Positions 35,966-42,386 of a stretch of 42,386 nucleotides of DNA are shown here, piece after piece. The notes under the pieces were generated by a model. The model searched no databases, had not been told where the DNA came from, and saw only the letters and a list, made by a program, of their open reading frames with translations. Position 1 is the first letter of the stretch, and each line of letters opens with the position of its first letter. The position numbers were made by a program, and so were the translations under genes. This stretch comes from a virus (Duplodnaviria; Caudoviricetes): the IMG/VR virus record IMGVR_UViG_3300037483_000715, positions 1 to 42,386 of that record. The stretch is one strand, 5' to 3'.

Positions 35966-36289
35966 TTAATTTAATTTTGGCGTTTCCAAAAAATCCTCAA
36001 TTGCTCTGGAGATGTTTTTGTTCATTCCCCAAACTGCCGGGATTTCTCCCTCGATTGTTTTTTTAAGGAAACTATAATCACTCTCTTCGAATTCGAGTTC
36101 GCCTGTTTGTTTTGCTCTATCGAATGCGTTTGAGATCCTGTTCATTAATCTGAAATTCTCAAAACCTCTCGGCATATCCTCAGATTTTTTCATTGATAAT
36201 AATATTGATAGAACTTCGATTAAACTTTCTTCAATTTCTTCTCCATTTGGAAGAATTGATTTCCATTTCTCGATCTTGATTTTTCTCAT
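35966..36289 (-). CDS. Hypothetical protein (possible fibre chaperone)
   Basis: Helical; LEFEESDYSFLKK motif; follows the head-fibre-like gene. Confidence 0.55.
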   Translation of the reverse strand: MRKIKIEKWKSILPNGEEIEESLIEVLSILLSMKKSEDMPRGFENFRLMNRISNAFDRAKQTGELEFEESDYSFLKKTIEGEIPAVWGMNKNISRAIEDFLETPKLN

Positions 36290-36368
36290 TTTCTTCTTAA
36301 GTTTTCCTTCTTTTTATGTCTTTCTGAATTTTAAAATAAAAAAATAAAAAAATAAATTAAAAATTTAA

Positions 36369-37085
36369 TTAAGCCATTGTTCCAGCTTGTAAGTATACTG
36401 TATCTCCGTCGACATTCAACTTGATCTTCTTTGTAACAGTCATTGATTCTCCTGTTGCGTCTGCGATCATTCCGTCAACTGTATCGAATGTGACAAAATT
36501 TGTTATCTTGTCCCCTCCGTAGATGTACATTACACTATCCATTGTTGCAGCGGCATTGTTTGTCATGTACAGTAATTCATGATTTCCTGTTACTGCATTT
36601 GCCTGATGTGAATCAAGCCATAATGAAGCGACATGACTTGCTGTTAAGGCTGTGCTTGCTTCAATTAAAAAGTAACCTCCAACCAAAAAACCTGATCCTG
36701 CCAATGTACCGTCGACTCTCGCCTGACCATAAACTCCAACAATTGAACTGCTTGTCAATGTTGATGTAACATCTGCGTCTACGACTGCAACTCCCTGAAC
36801 ACCTCTCAATGTAGCTGTTCCATCTGCAACGATATGTGATTCATGATCAAAACTTGAAATAGCTCCTGATGTGGCTCCAACATTATGCCTTACTTGAAGT
36901 GCATAGCTATTATCCCCTCCACCCGATGGTCTATAATCAAACTTTGTGTATCCTTTGATTGTATTCTGCACATTTTTTGCAGCATCTCCGAATGACACCG
37001 ATTGATCCCAAGTATATGGTCCGTTGCTGTATGGCGGTGATGCAGGTCCTGCTTCGCAAATTAATCCCTTATCTCCCATTTTCAA
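36369..37085 (-). CDS. Putative head fibre/decoration protein
   Basis: Gly/Ala/Thr-rich beta repeats, C-terminal IKLNVDGDTVYL fibre-like motif. Confidence 0.55.
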   Translation of the reverse strand: MKMGDKGLICEAGPASPPYSNGPYTWDQSVSFGDAAKNVQNTIKGYTKFDYRPSGGGDNSYALQVRHNVGATSGAISSFDHESHIVADGTATLRGVQGVAVVDADVTSTLTSSSIVGVYGQARVDGTLAGSGFLVGGYFLIEASTALTASHVASLWLDSHQANAVTGNHELLYMTNNAAATMDSVMYIYGGDKITNFVTFDTVDGMIADATGESMTVTKKIKLNVDGDTVYLQAGTMA

Positions 37086-37094
37086 TTAGAGAGA

Positions 37095-37382
37095 TTACGC
37101 GTCACCTAAGACAAGTAATGCGTATGTGTGATTAGTTGTTCCACCTGCAGCGTCGAGTGTGATAACTCCTGATGATTGAGTTGCAGTCACAATGTCCCCT
37201 GTTGTCTGATCGTAAGCTACGATTAAATCAACACTTGACAAAGTTTCTCCACCAGTCACATCTGAATCTGTCACATCGATAGTGTCTCCACTGTCTGCTG
37301 TTGCAGCTGTTTCAAAGTACAAAGCTTTCTTTCCTGCGTTTGGACTTATTCCTTTTGTTGTTACGCTTGCTAATGCTCCCAT
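37095..37382 (-). CDS. Putative capsid decoration protein
   Basis: Small Thr/Ala-rich protein right after the MCP, strong SD. Confidence 0.55.
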   Translation of the reverse strand: MGALASVTTKGISPNAGKKALYFETAATADSGDTIDVTDSDVTGGETLSSVDLIVAYDQTTGDIVTATQSSGVITLDAAGGTTNHTYALLVLGDA

Positions 37383-37491
37383 TTTTTAACCTCCTGTAAT
37401 TTACTTTATATTTTTTAGAGTTTTGTTCTCTGTTATTTTTTCTTAAAAATCAAAAAATAAATTTTAAAATCTAAAAAATAACAAAAAGGAT

Positions 37492-38619
37492 TTATGCAAT
37501 ATTATCGATGAATGCGTTGAACGCAGGGTTTTTCATGATAAGACACTCGTAGATCTTCAACATGAACTTTGTTGAGTCGTTAGTTTTAGCCAATTCCTCA
37601 TAAGTCATATCTTGCAGAACTCTCATCTCGATCCAATCTGTATCAATGAAGTAGATTTGCTTTGCTCCTGATGTGTCTGACAAGAATCTACTGAAAATAA
37701 CTGGAATGTTTCCAGCTTGTGTTTCAAGTACTATACTTGCAGGTATTCCGAAGGGCAATACTCCTCCTGATGTATCACTTGGACTGTATCTGTACGTGTC
37801 ACGGATTATCTTTCGAATGTCCTTCACAACAGATGGAGAAGCCACACCAAGTTTTGGTCGACCTCCGTCCTGGATAGCATACAAGATTGCAGTTTCAATG
37901 TCATCAAGTGTCAATGCTGTTGCACTCAAGTCGACAACGTTAGTTGTTGCTTGTAACTTAACAATTCCTGAGAATTGTGTTGCGTCAGTGCTTGCATCTC
38001 CATTAATGATTAAGTTCTCTTCGAGTTCTCTCAATTCCCTTGCTTTCATGATTACTTCGAATTGTTTTGCATTTGGTGCAGCGACATTTCCGAATGTGCT
38101 ATTGCCTAATCCACCACCCTGAGGTTGGAACCCCTGGATCATGTAAGACGGCATTGCAGCTTGCATTTGACCTGTTACACGTCCGACTGCATATAAGTAT
38201 TTTATTGCAGTGCTTGCCCTTTCTACTGTGTCGTTTGTTTCACTTAATGCAGCATCTTCTGCAGCTGTGAATCCTCCACCTTTGTCTGTGATTTTGTTGT
38301 AATCAGCAGTCAATCCCATGTTTGACACTCTTGGAATTAATTCCACTAAGGGAGTTTCTTTCCTGGTTGTGTCTACAACTCTTGGGTCTACGTAGATTGG
38401 AATCATTGTTAGATCAGTTGATCCTGATCCCCCTGTTTGTGTGTTCAATGCTTTCACTTGCGCGATCCCTCTGTTCAGAACATCTTTAAGTTCTCCTCTC
38501 ATATCTACGCCTCTGTTTCCATCAACGTATCGAGTTTCGTCACCTAAAAGTCCAAACGATTGACCGTATGCACTCTTGAAATTCACTGGTCCGATTTGCA
38601 TTGTACCTTTTCCTTCCAT
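37492..38619 (-). CDS. Major capsid protein (HK97 fold)
   Basis: ETPLVELIPR...LEENLIINGD...FSGIVK...YEELAKTNDS; follows the protease. Confidence 0.9.
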   Translation of the reverse strand: MEGKGTMQIGPVNFKSAYGQSFGLLGDETRYVDGNRGVDMRGELKDVLNRGIAQVKALNTQTGGSGSTDLTMIPIYVDPRVVDTTRKETPLVELIPRVSNMGLTADYNKITDKGGGFTAAEDAALSETNDTVERASTAIKYLYAVGRVTGQMQAAMPSYMIQGFQPQGGGLGNSTFGNVAAPNAKQFEVIMKARELRELEENLIINGDASTDATQFSGIVKLQATTNVVDLSATALTLDDIETAILYAIQDGGRPKLGVASPSVVKDIRKIIRDTYRYSPSDTSGGVLPFGIPASIVLETQAGNIPVIFSRFLSDTSGAKQIYFIDTDWIEMRVLQDMTYEELAKTNDSTKFMLKIYECLIMKNPAFNAFIDNIA

Positions 38620-38620
38620 T

Positions 38621-39538
38621 CTAAGCGATCATGTCTAAAGGATTTGAAGATTTCTCCTCTACGAAATTGTCCGACTTGTTTTTCTGCTCAACTTTGCTTT
38701 TCATCACTGGTTTCTTCAAAAGAGCTTTCACTTCTGCGATCTCTTTGTTTTGTGCTTCGATTTTCTCATTAAGAGATTTGACCTCAGCTTTCAAAGATTT
38801 CACTTCTGTGTCTTCTTCTTCGGATTCCTCTGATTCCTGCTCGTTTTCAGTCTGCTCTTCATCCTTTTTCTCAGCTTCGGATTTCTCTTCTGCTTCGTTT
38901 TCAGATTCTTGAGTTTCGTCGACTTTCTCGTTTTCCTCTGACATCTTATTTTTAGCCTCCTGTAATTTAATTTTGTCATTAATTGACTGTGATTCTGCAT
39001 CTTCAAGTGATGCAAGTGATTTGGTGAATACATTAACCATCCGTGCCTCAGTGTTCACAGGATTTCCTGTAAAAGCGACATTTAATAAATTGAGTTTGTC
39101 AAGCATTCGAACTTTCTGTCCGTTTTTTGTCACCATTGTTGCCTTCATTGGCACGTATGCGATTGAGAATGCATCCAAGAATCCGTCTTCGATTGATCCT
39201 TTGACTTCATCAAATCTTGGAGAGTGTGAATTAAGTTTTGCTCGAACTTTAATTCCTTTCGAGTCCATTAAAAAGTCATCAACCTTAGCCACAGGGATTT
39301 TTGTTTTGTTTATCTCTCTTTCAATATTTGATTTCCCTCTGAATGCTTCATGTTCGACATCGAATTTTATAACTCTTTGTCGCATCTGATCAGCCATATC
39401 CATTAAACATGATTTTGTGACGATGTCATTAACGAGATCAAGGTCAGAAGTAGATATGTAACCCTCGACAAAAAAATCATTTCCCACCGATTTTACTTGA
39501 ATCGGCTCTGATGTGAATATGAACTGTGTTTCCTCCAT
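38621..39538 (-). CDS. Prohead protease with C-terminal acidic/coiled-coil scaffold region
   Basis: VEGYIST...DLVNDIV...EH...AFSIAY...NVAFTGNPVN (HK97-type protease). Confidence 0.88.
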   Translation of the reverse strand: MEETQFIFTSEPIQVKSVGNDFFVEGYISTSDLDLVNDIVTKSCLMDMADQMRQRVIKFDVEHEAFRGKSNIEREINKTKIPVAKVDDFLMDSKGIKVRAKLNSHSPRFDEVKGSIEDGFLDAFSIAYVPMKATMVTKNGQKVRMLDKLNLLNVAFTGNPVNTEARMVNVFTKSLASLEDAESQSINDKIKLQEAKNKMSEENEKVDETQESENEAEEKSEAEKKDEEQTENEQESEESEEEDTEVKSLKAEVKSLNEKIEAQNKEIAEVKALLKKPVMKSKVEQKNKSDNFVEEKSSNPLDMIA

Positions 39539-39559
39539 GTAATTTTTAAGAAAAATTAT

Positions 39560-39575
39560 TATTTAAATATTGTTG
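39560..39575 (-). promoter_or_regulatory. Late promoter motif
   Basis: CAACAATATTTAAATA about 22 nt before the protease ATG, implying a leaderless mRNA. Confidence 0.65.
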
Positions 39576-39598
39576 TTCAGGCGATGAGTGGCACTTTT

Positions 39599-41800
39599 TT
39601 AATCTTCTTCAAAATACACCAGTGTAGATCTGCAATTTACATGTGAAGGAGGGCATGGTCCTTCCCATCCACTCTTTTCATCAACAAAATTTTCATTAAT
39701 TCCAACTGTTTTTCCGTCGAGTCTTTGACATATTGGTGATGTTCGATCGTCTTCTGTTGCAACCCACTTCTTTTTTAGTTTTTCTCCTGATGTTTTGAAT
39801 GCTTGAAGTTTTCCATAGTTCTCTGCACGAGTTGTTTCTGTCCTTGCAATTGCTTCACTTCTTGTTTCACTTGAATCAAAAACAGATTTAACTCTCTCTT
39901 TTATTTTTTCAATTCCTTCCCCAGCCATGATTCCACGTTCAAGTTCTTGTCTTAGATCTGTTGTCAATTCATCGGTCATTGCTTTGATATTATTGAATGT
40001 GTATTCTTGAATAAAACTCACTGCGTCTTTGTTTGGAATAAAATTCCTGTTTAATTGTCTTTCAGCAGAGTCCCATCCTTTTGCGAATGTTTGTCCAATC
40101 ACTGCATCTGAGATTGTTTTCAATCCTCCGAATCCTAAAATTGATTTTATTGCTTTTGCAAGTGAGTCAAGTGATTTTATTTCGTTAATCTTATTTTGTC
40201 CGATCTCTTTTGTGACGAGTTCTGTAATCTGTTTCTCGTTCTGTTTTAAAACATAAAGAATTGATTTCTTTAATCTTGATTCGTCCATTGTTTCTCCTGG
40301 TTGCATGATTAAAGGATTTTCTGTTTGAAGTGCTTTCTCTCCAGTCATTCTTTTTTTGTCATCACCTCTTTTTTTGTTTTCGTCTGCCTCTTCTTTCCCA
40401 GCCGATCCATTCTCTCCATTAGAATATTTACTTTGCAATTCCATCATCTCTTCCTGAGATTTCTTTTCTCCCCATTCAACCTCGTCCATTCCTTCTTCGA
40501 CTCTCACTTCATTGATTGATTTGTATCCTGCTTGAATTTGTGTTTGATAAAGTTGTGCCTTCTTCATTTCTTCATCAACATCGAATAATAAAAACTTAAA
40601 TTCAATATCATCAAATTCGAACTCACTTATTACTTCCATGTTGTGACGATATTCTTCTAATCTTAAAAGTGGATATAAACATCTCTTCTTGAAGACATTG
40701 CTTTGTACGATCTGATTTGCAAGTCCTTTCGCGTCTTCTGTGTATCCGAGTTCAACTGACGTTACTCCGAAAACTGCCCACACCAATTTTGCCCACCATT
40801 TCTGACCTTCTAATAATTCGAGTTCTGCATTTGAGAATTGTATTCTTGTAAAGACAGGAGTTTTTCCGACTACTGGTACATTATGGAATTGTTTCTTCCA
40901 ATTTCCTGCTGTGTCTTTCTTTCTTTGTTGTTCAATCCATTGATCTTTAAATGCTTCGATTTCTTCTGAGTCAGATCCTTCCAATCCTATGATTCCTTTT
41001 GGAATTGAGTTGTCATTGAAATATTCCAAGTTGTGTTCTACTGCATAAATTAAAGTTTGAATTGTTTCTGCGAGAACTTCAATTGCTGATCTTCCGTATA
41101 ATGTGTCTGTTCGTCCGTTTCTTTCAAACCAAACAATTTCTCTTCTTCCGAATGGGACTGGTCTTGCTCCTGTGATCCAACCATATTGAAAAAATGCAGC
41201 ACGTTCTCTTGCATCTGCAGAAGTCATAAATCCTGGATCTGCAATTGTTCCATTTCTTTTTTCAGGGAGAATTTCTCCATCAAGAATTAAATCATCTCTG
41301 TCTGTGTACTTTCCATAGATGTCAGGGTTTTTTGTGAATGTTGCTCCATCCCTTGCAACCATCTCAACCATTTGTCCTGCCTGATTGAATACTTTGTTTA
41401 AAACTCCTGAATCAATTTCCAAAACATCTCTTAAATATTTTCTTCTTAATTCCTCGAAGCTTTCTTTATTTGTGTTTGGATTATTGTAAAAAGCCAATAC
41501 TTGATCTCTGTGTTCTTTGAATGTTTTAGAATCTTCTTTTCCTGGTTTTGCGACAATGTCCCAATTAATTGAACATGCCTCATCGATGATTGTGTTTATG
41601 CACATTTCTACATAAGGCATTGCAGCAAGTCTTCTGACGGTTACCAAGTCAGTGTATCTTGGATAACCGAACGGAGGTTTGTATAAGAATTCTGGAATGT
41701 ATGCTTTTTCAATTCCGTGTCTGGTCTGCTCACTTATTGTTGAGACAGCTGGCACTGCTTTCTTCTCTCTTTTAAAAAAATCGAACATTCCCATGAGCAT
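39599..41800 (-). CDS. Portal protein fused to MuF/SPP1 gp7-like minor head domain
   Basis: NPN...YGRSAIE...PKGII...VFGV..VELG...SINEVR (portal); IARTET...KKWVATEDDRT..IC...PPSHVNCRS (MuF). Confidence 0.92.
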   Translation of the reverse strand: MLMGMFDFFKREKKAVPAVSTISEQTRHGIEKAYIPEFLYKPPFGYPRYTDLVTVRRLAAMPYVEMCINTIIDEACSINWDIVAKPGKEDSKTFKEHRDQVLAFYNNPNTNKESFEELRRKYLRDVLEIDSGVLNKVFNQAGQMVEMVARDGATFTKNPDIYGKYTDRDDLILDGEILPEKRNGTIADPGFMTSADARERAAFFQYGWITGARPVPFGRREIVWFERNGRTDTLYGRSAIEVLAETIQTLIYAVEHNLEYFNDNSIPKGIIGLEGSDSEEIEAFKDQWIEQQRKKDTAGNWKKQFHNVPVVGKTPVFTRIQFSNAELELLEGQKWWAKLVWAVFGVTSVELGYTEDAKGLANQIVQSNVFKKRCLYPLLRLEEYRHNMEVISEFEFDDIEFKFLLFDVDEEMKKAQLYQTQIQAGYKSINEVRVEEGMDEVEWGEKKSQEEMMELQSKYSNGENGSAGKEEADENKKRGDDKKRMTGEKALQTENPLIMQPGETMDESRLKKSILYVLKQNEKQITELVTKEIGQNKINEIKSLDSLAKAIKSILGFGGLKTISDAVIGQTFAKGWDSAERQLNRNFIPNKDAVSFIQEYTFNNIKAMTDELTTDLRQELERGIMAGEGIEKIKERVKSVFDSSETRSEAIARTETTRAENYGKLQAFKTSGEKLKKKWVATEDDRTSPICQRLDGKTVGINENFVDEKSGWEGPCPPSHVNCRSTLVYFEED

Positions 41801-41885
41801 GAAGGTGAATGGCTTTTTCGTCGGAGAGAGCCCTCCACAGGATCATCCGACTAGCCTTAAGGTTGTTTTTATTAATGAAACTGAT

Positions 41886-41901
41886 TATTTAAATTTTGTT
41901 G
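41886..41901 (-). promoter_or_regulatory. Late promoter motif
   Basis: CAACAAAATTTAAATA upstream of portal. Confidence 0.62.
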
Positions 41902-41902
41902 T

Positions 41903-42259
41903 TTATTTGACATTTGTCGGAATGAATCCAAATGCCATTTCTGATTGATCATCCCATGTAAAATAAACCAATGAATCTGCAAAGTCAGGAGATTTGTCCG
42001 GGTCTACAACCTCTCGTTTTCCTGTGCTGGATAGTTTCCATTTCATTTGTAGGAGTTGAGTTGTTAATTCTTTTTTGTCAATGATCTTAATCATTCCTTC
42101 ATTGAATAATGCTTGCAGTCTGAAATAATTTTGACCTTTCTTATTTCTGTAGTGTGCTTTGAATTCTTCTCTTTCAGGTGATTCTCCGAAGTGACATCCG
42201 ACTATTCTTACATTCTTCCATTCTCTCTCTTTTATTATTTCTTTTAATCGACTGAGTGG
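41903..42259 (-). CDS. terL: Terminase large subunit, 3' part (RNase H-like nuclease end)
   Basis: IDRIGIG...NKKGQNYFRL...SPDFADSL motifs; in frame with 1..1176; directly upstream of portal. Confidence 0.93.
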   Translation of the reverse strand, partial: PLSRLKEIIKEREWKNVRIVGCHFGESPEREEFKAHYRNKKGQNYFRLQALFNEGMIKIIDKKELTTQLLQMKWKLSSTGKREVVDPDKSPDFADSLVYFTWDDQSEMAFGFIPTNVK

Positions 42260-42386
42260 TCCTGTTCCGATTCCGATTCTATCAATTTTCACAATAAACT
42301 TTGTGTGCGGATTGTATTTTTCTTCAATCTTTAAAATGATTCTTCCGACTATTCCCATTGGATCACTTTTTGGCTCGTCAAATGAA
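42260..42386. repeat. Terminal direct repeat (assembly overlap), copy 2
   Basis: Identical to 1-127. Confidence 0.95.

Noticed and set aside
41811-41856. Hammerhead ribozyme or K-turn
   Set aside because: CGGAUGA is not CUGAUGA, stem II is not followed by GAAA, and the tandem G-A geometry does not fit
212-41948. All plus-strand ORFs in the track
   Set aside because: Antisense shadows of minus-strand genes, Ser/Phe/Leu-rich, with no motifs

Overview
The window is a complete, circularly assembled genome of a tailed dsDNA virus (siphovirus-like, HK97 lineage), about 42,259 bp, with bases 1-127 repeated at 42260-42386. Every credible gene is on the minus strand. The order is TerS/TerL (TerL spans the contig junction), portal-MuF fusion, protease/scaffold, major capsid protein, head decoration and neck genes, tail tube, chaperone with a -1 frameshift, a very short tape measure, distal tail/hub, Cys-rich tail-tip proteins, two glycosyltransferases, then early genes (three DNA methyltransferases, HNH/RusA/PD-(D/E)XK nucleases, a Rad52-like annealase, DUF932, HTH regulators, one tRNA). 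The host is probably an archaeon, possibly DPANN (inference). This rests on TATA-type promoters, oligo-T terminators, no endolysin and a sequon-rich membrane-anchored glycoprotein. Best signals: (1) an archaeal-oriC-like origin, two inverted ORB-like boxes around an AT-only core, in a genome with no recognisable initiator, helicase, primase or polymerase; (2) Cys-studded tail-tip proteins followed by a GT9-like glycosyltransferase; (3) a duplicated head-closure protein carrying an 18-aa repeat stalk with an inserted LamG domain; (4) an atypical CAU tRNA overlapping a gene end and followed by a pseudoknot-like RNA; (5) a putative anti-SD translational switch. Protein calls come from motif recognition and gene order only; no database searches were run.
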